A stretch of DNA of 49,955 nt. It comes from Myxococcota bacterium (GTDB lineage Bacteria; Myxococcota; JACRCW01). The notes under the pieces are model-generated. The model made no database searches. It saw nothing but the letters and a program-made list of their open reading frames with translations, and had not been told where the DNA came from. Of this stretch, positions 39,125 through 47,716 are shown one piece after another. The stretch's first letter is position 1; the number at the start of each line of letters is the position of its first letter. The stretch lies in NCBI GenBank assembly GCA_040752415.1, contig JBFMGU010000047.1, positions 1-49,955 of the forward strand, written 5' to 3'. The translations under genes were made by a program, and so were the position numbers.

Positions 39125-40615
39125 TCCACCCAGCCGGGTTTCCGCGCCCGTCTCCGTCTGCAGCAGCGCAGCCAGCTTGGGATCCGTGGTCCGCACCCGA
39201 CGCACGCGCTCCTTTGCCAGCGTCACCATCCCCACGCGGCCGGGCACCTTCCGCACGTGTTTGACCTCGGTCCAGCGCACATCCACCACCGCCTCCCCGC
39301 GCGACTCCGAGAAATGCGCGGCAATCAGCGCCGCCTCGCCAATCGGCCCATCCAGGCTCTCGGGCTTTCCCTCCACGACGAGGATCACGTGGGCACCGTG
39401 CGCGTCGCGGGCGTGCAGGAAGATGTCGTTTCCGCGCGCGGTGCGGTGGGTGAGCGTGTCGTTGTCCGCGCTGGTCTTGCCGCACAGGACGCGCCATCCC
39501 TGGCTGGTCTGGAATGCGCGGAAGGGCATGCGTCGGGAGGGGCCCGCTTTCTTGCCGGTCTGCGGCGCCGGTTTTCCGCCCAGCACCTCCGCCACGCGCG
39601 CCTCCACCGCCGCGGCATCCTGCGACGCATCAATCTCCGCGATCAGTGCGCGCAGCACCTCCGCCCGCTCCCGACTCTCGGCAAGCCGTGGCGTCGCGTG
39701 TTTTCGCGTGGATTCGAGCCGGCGGGCCTTGTGGAAGAGCCGCTCCATGTTCTCGTGCGGCCCCAGTGCGGGGTCCACCTTCACGGTGATCTCGGCGGCC
39801 GACGGGTCGTAGGGATCACGCAGGTTCCAGGTGGGTTCCCCGCGCGGAAGATCACGCAATTGCGCCTTGGCGCGTTCCGCTGCCGTGCGCAGCGTTACCG
39901 CTTCATCCGCGCGCGAGAGATCACCCTCCAGGGCGCGCACCAGCCGCGTGACCCGGTCCAGCTCCGCCTTCACCCGGCGACGCGCCTGCACCAAAGCCCC
40001 GCGTTCCTTCGGCGCCTGCACCTCCTGCTGCGCCAGATCCACCGCGGCGTGCGTGGGCCATGCGGAGAGCGGGTGCGTCGAGATCTGCTGCGCGGTGATC
40101 TCCGGGGCGGCCACGTCTTCCACCGCGTGCTCGGGTGGCGGCGTGTACGGCTTGCCCACCTTGAGCCCGCGCGCGGTCAGCAACGCCGGCTGTGCGGCGC
40201 CCAGGATCTTCCCGCCTTCATGCAGCAGGATCAGGTTGGCGGAGTCCCGCGACCATTCCATCACCAGCGTGCGCGTGCCCTGCAGCGTGTCGACGACGAG
40301 TGAAGCGCTCCTCCGCGCCGGTTCCACGCTCAGCTCGCGATAGCGCGCGTTCGCCAGGTGCTTGCGCAGCAGGCCCTGGAAGGCGGGCGGTTCGGTTTCC
40401 GCGCGCGTGTGCTTGCCGCTGGTGAGGGAGAGGCGGGGAACGTCTTCCGCGCGCATCAGGAGGGATGCGGTGACGCCGTGATGGTGCAGATCAAGCACCA
40501 CGGTGCGTGCACCGGCCTGGTAGATCTTCTGGATGCGCGCCGACGAGGCCCAGCTGTTCAGCTCACGCGCCAGCGCGGTGAGGGCGCTGGGAGAGATCCA
40601 CCAGGGCTGCGCCAC
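39116..40615 (-). CDS. rqcH: NFACT/Rqc2 ribosome quality-control factor (FbpA family); start uncertain
   Basis: IQKIYQ, PPAFQGLLRKHL, ANLIL, coiled coils, EN.ERLF.KAR, and NFACT-R motifs GKTSADNDTLT and FLHARDAHGAHV. Confidence 0.85.
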   Translation of the reverse strand: MAQPWWISPSALTALARELNSWASSARIQKIYQAGARTVVLDLHHHGVTASLLMRAEDVPRLSLTSGKHTRAETEPPAFQGLLRKHLANARYRELSVEPARRSASLVVDTLQGTRTLVMEWSRDSANLILLHEGGKILGAAQPALLTARGLKVGKPYTPPPEHAVEDVAAPEITAQQISTHPLSAWPTHAAVDLAQQEVQAPKERGALVQARRRVKAELDRVTRLVRALEGDLSRADEAVTLRTAAERAKAQLRDLPRGEPTWNLRDPYDPSAAEITVKVDPALGPHENMERLFHKARRLESTRKHATPRLAESRERAEVLRALIAEIDASQDAAAVEARVAEVLGGKPAPQTGKKAGPSRRMPFRAFQTSQGWRVLCGKTSADNDTLTHRTARGNDIFLHARDAHGAHVILVVEGKPESLDGPIGEAALIAAHFSESRGEAVVDVRWTEVKHVRKVPGRVGMVTLAKERVRRVRTTDPKLAALLQTETGAETRLGGSA

Positions 40616-40694
40616 GACGTGTCCCGGAAAAAGCAGACGGCTGGCCCCCACGTGTGGAAGGCCAGCCGTCCTGGTTCAACCATTGGGCAGTGCT

Positions 40695-40961
40695 TCAGAC
40701 CGCACCGCCCTCCATGGCCTCGCCACCGCCCATCTCCCCAGCGGGAGCAGCAGCAGCGGCACGGCGACGTCCGCCGGCCTTCTTCTTGCGACCGCCGGCC
40801 TTCTTCTTGCGGCCGCCAGCCTTCTTCTTGCGACCGCCAGCCTTCTTCTTGCGGCCGCCGGCCTTCTTCGCGCCACGCTTGGCGCCCGTCTTCTTCGCGC
40901 CGCGCTTGGCGCCACCCTTCTTGGCGCCGCGCTTGGCGCCTGCCTTCTTCTTTGCAGCCAT
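40695..40961 (-). CDS. Lys/Arg-rich histone H1-like protein
   Basis: MAAKKK, 3x GAKRGAKK, 5x KKAGGR, short acidic tail. Strong upstream promoter. Confidence 0.75.
   Translation of the reverse strand: MAAKKKAGAKRGAKKGGAKRGAKKTGAKRGAKKAGGRKKKAGGRKKKAGGRKKKAGGRKKKAGGRRRAAAAAPAGEMGGGEAMEGGAV
40765..40945 (-). repeat. Coding tandem repeats (21-bp and 27-bp periods)
   Basis: About 5 units of gccttcttcttgcg.ccgcc. followed by 3 units of ttcttcgcgccgcgcttggcgcc-like sequence. Confidence 0.85.
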
Positions 40962-40999
40962 TGATTTCCACCCTTTTTAGAGTTGGCCCAACACGTGAC

Positions 41000-41028
41000 G
41001 TTATATGAAATAGGGTGATGTATGTCAA
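41000..41028 (-). promoter_or_regulatory. Near-consensus sigma-70 promoter for the histone-like gene
   Basis: The minus strand reads TTGACA (41028-41023), 17 nt, TATAAC (41005-41000), within an AT-rich patch. Confidence 0.8.
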
Positions 41029-41087
41029 TGGCAAATAACTTACGTGACATGGCGTGACCATTCACGTGTGGTGAGGAGGCGGGCAAC

Positions 41088-41408
41088 ATGCCGTTCGATT
41101 CCGTGGCGTCCAAGCGTGCGTTCAAGTCAGAAAAGCTCGCCAAGAACGCGGTGTTTCAAGAGGCGGGCGTGGCAATGGTGGACGTGTATTGCGCGCATCC
41201 GGGCCAGCAGCAGCCGGTGCACGGCCATCCCAACGCGGCCAAGTGCTACGCGGTGATCGAGGGTCGCGCGCGCATCACCATTGGCGACGAGATCCGCGAC
41301 GTGGGACCGGGTGATCTCGCGTACGCGCCGCGCGGGATCCCGCATGGGATCGAAGCCATCGGGCCCGCGGATCTCGTGGCGCTGGTGTTCATCGCGGGAT
41401 CACTCTGA
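41088..41408 (+). CDS. Cupin domain protein
   Basis: PVHGHP...YAVIEG...GD.AYAPRGIPHGI. GAGGAGG upstream. Confidence 0.85.
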   Translation: MPFDSVASKRAFKSEKLAKNAVFQEAGVAMVDVYCAHPGQQQPVHGHPNAAKCYAVIEGRARITIGDEIRDVGPGDLAYAPRGIPHGIEAIGPADLVALVFIAGSL

Positions 41409-41485
41409 CTCGGATCACCGACGGATGACCGGCACAGCGGTTGCTCACGGCCTGCGCTCGTCTGCGAGACAACAGGAGCCTGCCC

Positions 41486-42385
41486 GTGAAGAACACGCGA
41501 GTGTGGACGCATGTCCTCGGATGGACGTTGACGCTGTGCGCGCTGGTTGACGCTTCGGGTTGTGGGGACGGGAGATCACCCCACGGTGAGCTGACCACCG
41601 ACGAGAATGGCTGGACCTTCGCGCTCTCCCGCGAGCTGGATCCGGGTCAGGAGGAGAACGTCTGCATCACGCAGGTGGTGGAGACGGACATGGACGTGGT
41701 GGCCATCAGTCCGGAGACCGGCGGTTACACGCTCGTGCACCACCTCCTCCTCTGGAAGCACCCCAGCTCCGGCAGCAACGCGGTCTGGGACTGCGGTGAC
41801 AGCCTGCCTGATCCCACGATGGGCAGCGGCATCTGGGCCAGCGGCAGCAAGGACGGCCTGATGCAGTTGCCGGAGGGGACGGCCATGCACATCGCCAAGG
41901 GAAGTCGACTCACGCTCAACGCCCACTTCCTCAACGCCACCGGCCAGGTCACCACCGCGCGCGCCGCATTGCGTCTGCAATTCCAGCCCAAGGACCAGCC
42001 GGTGGAGCAGTACGTGGGGTTGTGGTCGTTGGCGGATTACGACTTCTCCATCCTTTCGCATTCCACCGGGCGCACGCGGGTGGAGTGCACGGCGCCGGAG
42101 GGCGCGGATGTCCTGGTGGTGGTTCCGCACATGCATTCCGGTGCCCGGCTGATGACGGTGGAGCGCCTGGTGGGCGGGCAGGACCAGCCCTGGCTCACCT
42201 TCCACGGCCCCGACGACAAGGCCATGGAGCTCCTCACCCCGCAGGTCCGCGTGGGCGCGGGCGAGACCGTGGTGCTGGAATGCGAGATCGAGAATCCCCG
42301 CGACACCGCCGCCACCGCCCCGGACGAGATGTGCAACGCGTTTCTGTACGTCATTGGCTGGCAGGACACGGTTGTTTGCATGTGA
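41486..42385 (+). CDS. Copper type II ascorbate-dependent monooxygenase-like (PHM/DBH fold) lipoprotein
   Basis: AGGAG before GTG at 41486, signal ending ASGC. VHH and HFLN (CuH-like), PHMH and DEMC (CuM-like). Confidence 0.78.
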   Translation: MKNTRVWTHVLGWTLTLCALVDASGCGDGRSPHGELTTDENGWTFALSRELDPGQEENVCITQVVETDMDVVAISPETGGYTLVHHLLLWKHPSSGSNAVWDCGDSLPDPTMGSGIWASGSKDGLMQLPEGTAMHIAKGSRLTLNAHFLNATGQVTTARAALRLQFQPKDQPVEQYVGLWSLADYDFSILSHSTGRTRVECTAPEGADVLVVVPHMHSGARLMTVERLVGGQDQPWLTFHGPDDKAMELLTPQVRVGAGETVVLECEIENPRDTAATAPDEMCNAFLYVIGWQDTVVCM

Positions 42386-42426
42386 GGTTTCTTCCGGCGC
42401 CACCGGTTGGCCTCTAGACTGGGCCC

Positions 42427-43260
42427 ATGTGTTTGCAGGCCATTCGTGCGGGTTTCATCGGGGCGGCGGCGCTGTGGGCGGTGTCATGCGCGTCGTCTGG
42501 CGCGGAGCAGCGGGCTGACCGTCCATCCCATGAGAAACAGGCCGAAGCGGGCGGGCCGGGCCGCTCATACCGGGGCCCGCTGGTGGCGGTGGACGCCAAC
42601 ACGCCGGCCGAAGCGGACCTGGAAGCCAGACTGACTTCGCCGCGGGACGAAGTGCAGCGCGAAATGACCGAAGTGGTGGGGACCGCGGCGCGACCGCTGA
42701 CGCGCGGCCGTCCGGAAGGGCTGCTGGGCAACCTGGTCACCGACGTCATGCGCGAGCACGCCAGCGAGGTGACCGGCAAGCCGGTGGACATGGCGTTCAC
42801 CAACGTGGGCGGACTGCGCGCGGACCTCCCGGGCGGCCCGCTCACACGCGGTGCGGTGCTGGAGGTGATGCCCTTCGACAACAGCCTCGTGGTGGCGGAG
42901 GTGAAGGGCACCGACTTGCAGGAGATCCTGGATCGCAGCGCCACGCACGGCGGGGATCCCATCAGCGGCGTCAGCTACACGGTGCGCGACAAGAAGGCGG
43001 TGGAAGTCACCGTGGGCGGCCAGCCGCTCGACCCCGCCAAGACCTATCGCATCTGCACCAACGACTACATCGTGGATGGCGGCGGCAAGTTTGAAGCGCT
43101 CAAGCGCGCCACGCGCATCAACCGCACCGGCATCCTGATCCGCGACGCGCTCCTGGAGCACATCATGCGGGAGACGCGTGCGGGTCGGGCGGTGGACAGC
43201 ACGGTGGGTGGGCGCATCCGGATTGAGAGCTCCTCGGCGCCCGCGCAGGGAGGCAAGTGA
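42427..43260 (+). CDS. 5'-nucleotidase C-terminal (substrate-binding) domain lipoprotein
   Basis: Lipobox AVSC. EGLLGNLVTD, NVGGLRA, VMPFDN and TNDY...GG. Confidence 0.88.
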   Translation: MCLQAIRAGFIGAAALWAVSCASSGAEQRADRPSHEKQAEAGGPGRSYRGPLVAVDANTPAEADLEARLTSPRDEVQREMTEVVGTAARPLTRGRPEGLLGNLVTDVMREHASEVTGKPVDMAFTNVGGLRADLPGGPLTRGAVLEVMPFDNSLVVAEVKGTDLQEILDRSATHGGDPISGVSYTVRDKKAVEVTVGGQPLDPAKTYRICTNDYIVDGGGKFEALKRATRINRTGILIRDALLEHIMRETRAGRAVDSTVGGRIRIESSSAPAQGGK

Positions 43261-44168
43261 TGAGCTTCACCCGACGTCATTTCCTGCTGGGGGCCCTCGC
43301 CGCTGCTCCGGTGCTGCGTCCGCGTCGTGCGCGCGCGGAGGATGGCCGGTCGGTCATCACGCTGTTGCACACCAATGACACGCACAGCCGGTTGGACCCC
43401 TTCCCCGACGACAAGAGCCAACTCGCCGGCCGCGGGGGCATTGCCCGACGGGCGCACATCATCCGCCAGGTCCGCGCGCGCCAGCCCAGCACGCTGGTCC
43501 TGGACGCCGGCGACACGTTCCAGGGCACCCCGTATTTCAACAAGTACCTGGGCACGCTGGACTACGAGCTGATGAGCATGGCCGGCTACGACGTCACCAA
43601 CGTGGGCAACCACGACTTCGACGCCGGGGTGGAGGGCCTGGTCAACGCCTCCAAGCACGCGAAGTTCCCGCTGGTGGGCTCCTACGGGGTGGCCGGCTCC
43701 GCGCTCGACGGGATTGTGAAGCCGCACATCATCAAGGAGGTGGGCGGTCTGAAGGTGGGCATCTTCGGGTTGAGCGTGGTGTTGGAGGGCCTGGTGCACC
43801 CGAAGATGTGCCAGGGCGTGACCTACGTGGACCCTGTTGAGGCCGCGCGCGCGCAGGTGGAGCAGCTGCGTGACGGTGGTTGTGACCTCGTCATTGCGGT
43901 GAGCCACCTGGGCCACCAGGGCTATCTCGGTGAGCCGGGCGACCTGCACTGGCCGCAGCGCGTTGCGGGCGTGGATTACGTGGTGGGTGGGCACACGCAC
44001 ACGTTCCTGGAGCGCCCCGACCGCGTGAAGGGCCCCGGAGGTTGGGAGACCGCGGTGATGCAGGTGGGGTTTGCCGGGGTGAACCTGGGTCGCGCGGACA
44101 TCGTGTTCGAGGGACGTCGCAAGGTGCATCTCGCCGGTGTGTCGATTGGCGTCGGCAACGTGGCGTGA
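43260..44168 (+). CDS. 5'-nucleotidase N-terminal metallophosphoesterase domain with Tat signal
   Basis: TRRHFL Tat motif. LHTNDTH, DAGD, GNHDFD, VSHLG and GGHTH. Confidence 0.9.
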   Translation: MSFTRRHFLLGALAAAPVLRPRRARAEDGRSVITLLHTNDTHSRLDPFPDDKSQLAGRGGIARRAHIIRQVRARQPSTLVLDAGDTFQGTPYFNKYLGTLDYELMSMAGYDVTNVGNHDFDAGVEGLVNASKHAKFPLVGSYGVAGSALDGIVKPHIIKEVGGLKVGIFGLSVVLEGLVHPKMCQGVTYVDPVEAARAQVEQLRDGGCDLVIAVSHLGHQGYLGEPGDLHWPQRVAGVDYVVGGHTHTFLERPDRVKGPGGWETAVMQVGFAGVNLGRADIVFEGRRKVHLAGVSIGVGNVA

Positions 44169-44176
44169 TGCCGGGC

Positions 44177-45202
44177 CTATTCCCACGCGTACAACGACAC
44201 CGTGGGCTGCCCGCTCCTGAACGGCGCCGGTGGCCGTGCCCACCCCAGCACCGCCAGCCTTTTCCCGTCGGGTGAAACGCGCACCCGCCATCCCAACCAT
44301 GGCAGCGCCAACGCGCCCCGCGCTTTTCCCGTGCTGGCGTCGAACACGCGCACGCTGTCATCCCAACCCGTGGAAACCACACTGCCTTTCCACAGCGCCG
44401 CGCTCACCACCGCGCCGCGGTGTCCCGCCATGGCGATCATTCCCTCGCCATCCAAGCGAACCACCACGGGCGCGTTCTCCGACGAGACTGCGGGATACCG
44501 CCCCGCCCGTTCATCTTCGTACAACGCCGGCGTCCTCCGCGCGGGAATTGCGCTGCGTGAAACCACGGCCACTCCCTCGTGCACCTGCACATCATTGAGG
44601 AACCCGCCCACCCGCCAGCTCCGCCGCTCCCCACCCTGCAGCGACCATTCGCGCATCATTCCGTCGTCACCCACGGTGAGCACGCCGCCATTCGCCGCCA
44701 CCACCGCGTTCGCGCGGCCCTCGTGCGCCTTCCACGTCCGTCCCGCTTCCACCGCGGTGACACTCCCGCCCGCGCCGCTGAGCACCAGGCCCGCGTCGGT
44801 CCAGGCGCATCCCGTGATCCCTTCACCAACCTTCAGACTCGTCGGTGCGCCGTCCTCCGTCGGAAACGCGCGCACCACCCCGTCATCCCCGCCGGTTGCC
44901 ACCGCCGTTCCGTCGGGGCGGAAGCAGAGCGCGTGCACGTCAAACGCCGCGTCACAGATTTCCCGACGTGACCGCACCACCCCGTCATCCGCGCGGATCA
45001 CACTGAGCTCGAAGCTCCGCACCCCCAGGTGGGCCACCGCCAGAATCTTTCCGTCGGGCGACCAGGCCAGCGCATACCCCAGGTCATCCTGGATGGGCGC
45101 CGCCACCGCTCTGAACGGGCTGCTCTCGGGCGGGCTGGGCGGTTGCGCCGCGTGTCGGCATGCCAGCGCCGACGCCACCAACATCCACCCCATCCACCTC
45201 AC
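44177..45202 (-). CDS. WD40-repeat lipoprotein
   Basis: Lipobox ALAC. ALAWSPDG, FRPDG..VATGGDDG, GHRGAV...GWDDSVRVFD. GTG overlaps the nfi stop. Confidence 0.8.
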   Translation of the reverse strand: MRWMGWMLVASALACRHAAQPPSPPESSPFRAVAAPIQDDLGYALAWSPDGKILAVAHLGVRSFELSVIRADDGVVRSRREICDAAFDVHALCFRPDGTAVATGGDDGVVRAFPTEDGAPTSLKVGEGITGCAWTDAGLVLSGAGGSVTAVEAGRTWKAHEGRANAVVAANGGVLTVGDDGMMREWSLQGGERRSWRVGGFLNDVQVHEGVAVVSRSAIPARRTPALYEDERAGRYPAVSSENAPVVVRLDGEGMIAMAGHRGAVVSAALWKGSVVSTGWDDSVRVFDASTGKARGALALPWLGWRVRVSPDGKRLAVLGWARPPAPFRSGQPTVSLYAWE

Positions 45203-45924
45203 GCCTGCCGCCGGATGAGCTCTTGGGTGGACGGGTCCAGCGCCACCACGGACTTCCGCAGCTGCACGCAGCGCTGGTGCGCCAACCTCAGCGGCTCAGG
45301 CATGCGCCTCCCGCGCGACTGCGCCAGCACCACCGCCGCCGCCTCGGGGAGCGTCACCATGTGTCCGGTGCTCACGTAGACGGGGTTCACGCCCGCGCGC
45401 GTCCGCAGGGCCAGGCCCACCAGCTCGCCGGTTTCCTCGTCGAGGAGCGGCGCGGTGGCGCCTTGTTCCCGCGCGGCGGGGTGCGCTTCACCAATGAGCA
45501 ACGTGGGGCAGCAGCCCACGGTGGGAACGCCCAGCCAAAGGCCCAGGTGGCTCGCCAGGCCCAGCCGGCGTGGGTGCGCCAGCCCATGCCGGTCCGAGAT
45601 GACGACGTCAGGCACGGTCCGCAGCCGCTTGAACGCATCCAACAGCGGCGGCATCTCGCGGAACGAGAGGTATCCGGGCACGTACGGAAATCGCGCTGGC
45701 GCCACGTGGGTGACGGTTTCCAGCACGCGCATGCTGTTGGCGTCGGTAACCACCACCACGGCGTAGAGGCGCTCGTCGTCCTTGTATTGCGCCACCAGGG
45801 CGCCGGCCACGGTGCGGGGCACGCGCTGAAGCGGGGCAGGGCGCACGTTGGCGCGCAGGCGCAGCTGGACTTTCTTTGCTTCTGCAATCGTGGTGGGCCA
45901 GGCGTGGAGCTCTTGGATGTGCAC
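45199..45924 (-). CDS. nfi: Endonuclease V homologue with altered active site
   Basis: FPYVPGYLSFRE, HGLAHPRRLGLASHLG, PVYVSTGH and PEPLRLAH are present. AGADV is replaced by AGALV. Confidence 0.88.
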   Translation of the reverse strand: MHIQELHAWPTTIAEAKKVQLRLRANVRPAPLQRVPRTVAGALVAQYKDDERLYAVVVVTDANSMRVLETVTHVAPARFPYVPGYLSFREMPPLLDAFKRLRTVPDVVISDRHGLAHPRRLGLASHLGLWLGVPTVGCCPTLLIGEAHPAAREQGATAPLLDEETGELVGLALRTRAGVNPVYVSTGHMVTLPEAAAVVLAQSRGRRMPEPLRLAHQRCVQLRKSVVALDPSTQELIRRQA

Positions 45925-45940
45925 CTGTCCGCTCCGCCGC

Positions 45941-47239
45941 TCAGGTCCAGCGGATGACGCTGCGCACCATCTCACGGACCATGAGGTCCACCGGCACGCC
46001 CTTCTTCTTGGCCAGGGAATCCAGCTGTTCCAGCTCGGAGCGCGTCATGTTGATCCGCAGCTCCGCGTCCAGCTTGCTCCCGGTCCGACTGATCTGCGTG
46101 GGCATGTGCGCCGCCCCCGGCACGTTCTCGATGGCGCGCTCCAGCGCAATCTCGTTGCCCTTGCTGTCCTCCACCAGGGCCTGCGCGCCCACCTCGTCGG
46201 CCTCCATGACGTCGTCGGCGGGCGCTTCCGCCTGCGCCACGCGCTGCAAGAGCTGCTGCTCCTGTTCCGCCTCGTCGGAGAACAGCTGCTTCATGAAGTT
46301 GGAGAGGTGGATGTTGCTGGGCGTGAATTCCTGCGTGGCCAGGAACTGGTCGATGTCGTACTGGAGGTCCCACGCGCTCTGGTACCGCTTCTCCCGGTCC
46401 TTCTCGAGCGCCTTCATCAGGATGCGCTCCACCGGCTCCGGCACGTCCTCCTTGAAGTAGCTCGGCGGGTAGATCTTCCCGTCGATGATCGACTTCAGGA
46501 TGGCCATCTCGTTCTCACCGGTGAACAGCTTGTAGCCGGTGACCCACTCGTAACAGACCACGCCGAGGGAGAAGATGTCCGAGCGGTGGTCGAGCGGCTT
46601 GCCCATGCACTGCTCGGGGCTCATGTAGCTGAGCTTGCCCTTGATCTCGCCGGCGCGCGTCTGCTCGATCTGGCTGGCCGCTTTCGCAATGCCAAAGTCC
46701 AGGATCTTCACGGTGCCGGTGAAGCTCACCATCACGTTTTCCGGCGTGATGTCGCGGTGGACGATGTTGAGCGGGCGGCCGTACGCGTCCGTGCGGTTGT
46801 GCGCGAAGTAGAGGCCTTCACAGATGCTGCTGGCCACCTTCAGCGCGTAGACCAGCGGGAACTGGATGCCGATCTTCTCCGCCTTGGGAATGCACCGGCT
46901 CATGTCCCGGCCGGAGATGTACTCCATGGCGATGAAGTAGCTGTCGCCGATGCGGCCGAGGTCGAAGATCTGGACGATGTTGGGGTGATTGAGCTGCGCG
47001 GCCAGCTTGGCTTCATTGAGGAACATCCGCACAAAGCTGACCTGGCTGCTGAGGTGCGGCCGGATGCGCTTGATGCAGATGGTCTTCTCAAAACCTTCCA
47101 GGCCCTCTTGCCGCGCCAGGAAGATCTCCGCCATGCCACCCACCGCAATGCGGTTGATGAGCGTGTACTTGCCGAAGCGGGTCCCCTTGACGGGCGTGCG
47201 CGGCGGGGCGTTCACGGGCGGTTGAGTAGCACGCGACAT
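45941..47239 (-). CDS. Cytoplasmic Hanks-type Ser/Thr kinase with C-terminal ribbon-helix-helix-like domain
   Basis: GGMAEIF, IKRI, HRDITPEN, DFGIA, YMSPEQ and SDIFSLG. No TM. Tail ELRINMTRSELEQLDSLAKKKGVPVDLMVREMV. Confidence 0.92.
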   Translation of the reverse strand: MSRATQPPVNAPPRTPVKGTRFGKYTLINRIAVGGMAEIFLARQEGLEGFEKTICIKRIRPHLSSQVSFVRMFLNEAKLAAQLNHPNIVQIFDLGRIGDSYFIAMEYISGRDMSRCIPKAEKIGIQFPLVYALKVASSICEGLYFAHNRTDAYGRPLNIVHRDITPENVMVSFTGTVKILDFGIAKAASQIEQTRAGEIKGKLSYMSPEQCMGKPLDHRSDIFSLGVVCYEWVTGYKLFTGENEMAILKSIIDGKIYPPSYFKEDVPEPVERILMKALEKDREKRYQSAWDLQYDIDQFLATQEFTPSNIHLSNFMKQLFSDEAEQEQQLLQRVAQAEAPADDVMEADEVGAQALVEDSKGNEIALERAIENVPGAAHMPTQISRTGSKLDAELRINMTRSELEQLDSLAKKKGVPVDLMVREMVRSVIRWT

Positions 47240-47245
47240 GCGGGT

Positions 47246-47716
47246 TCAAAAAGGACCGGCCGGGTATCCGCCGTCCTGAAGCAACGCAGCGTCCCAGACG
47301 GCGTGGGAGAAGGGTTCCAGCCTGAACATGAGCACGGAGTGGCACGCCGGATGGCCCAGCCCCGCTGAGCGACACGCCACCGTGAGCCCATCCTTGAGCG
47401 GCGCGGCAAGCCAGGGCGCCTGCGCCTCCATCTCCACCCAGAACGCGCGTGCACCGCGTGCTTCCGCCGGGCCACGGTCCTGCTGGGTCACCCGCACCTT
47501 CACCACCAGGTTGTCGCCTTCCTGGGCCGCCGGCGCGCATCCCAACGAGCGTGCGGCGTGGTGCAGGGTGGCCTTCACCGTCGAGAGCACCAGCGGGTCG
47601 GCGCTCCCTTGCACCGTCACGTCGCACCGACGCCCCTGCAGCGGCCCCAGGCCCGGCAGGGGAGGGCGCACGCACGCCACCAGCGCCAACAAGGAAACGA
47701 GCGCCGCGGTCCTCAC
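47246..47716 (-). CDS. Hypothetical lipoprotein
   Basis: Lipobox LVAC. GTGA overlap with the deaminase stop, 6-nt gap to the kinase. Confidence 0.7.
   Translation of the reverse strand: MRTAALVSLLALVACVRPPLPGLGPLQGRRCDVTVQGSADPLVLSTVKATLHHAARSLGCAPAAQEGDNLVVKVRVTQQDRGPAEARGARAFWVEMEAQAPWLAAPLKDGLTVACRSAGLGHPACHSVLMFRLEPFSHAVWDAALLQDGGYPAGPF

Noticed and set aside
40533..41143. Alternative-frame repeat ORFs over the histone-like gene
   Set aside because: They are open only because the 21-bp and 27-bp repeats lack stops. The Lys-rich frame is the one positioned behind the promoter.
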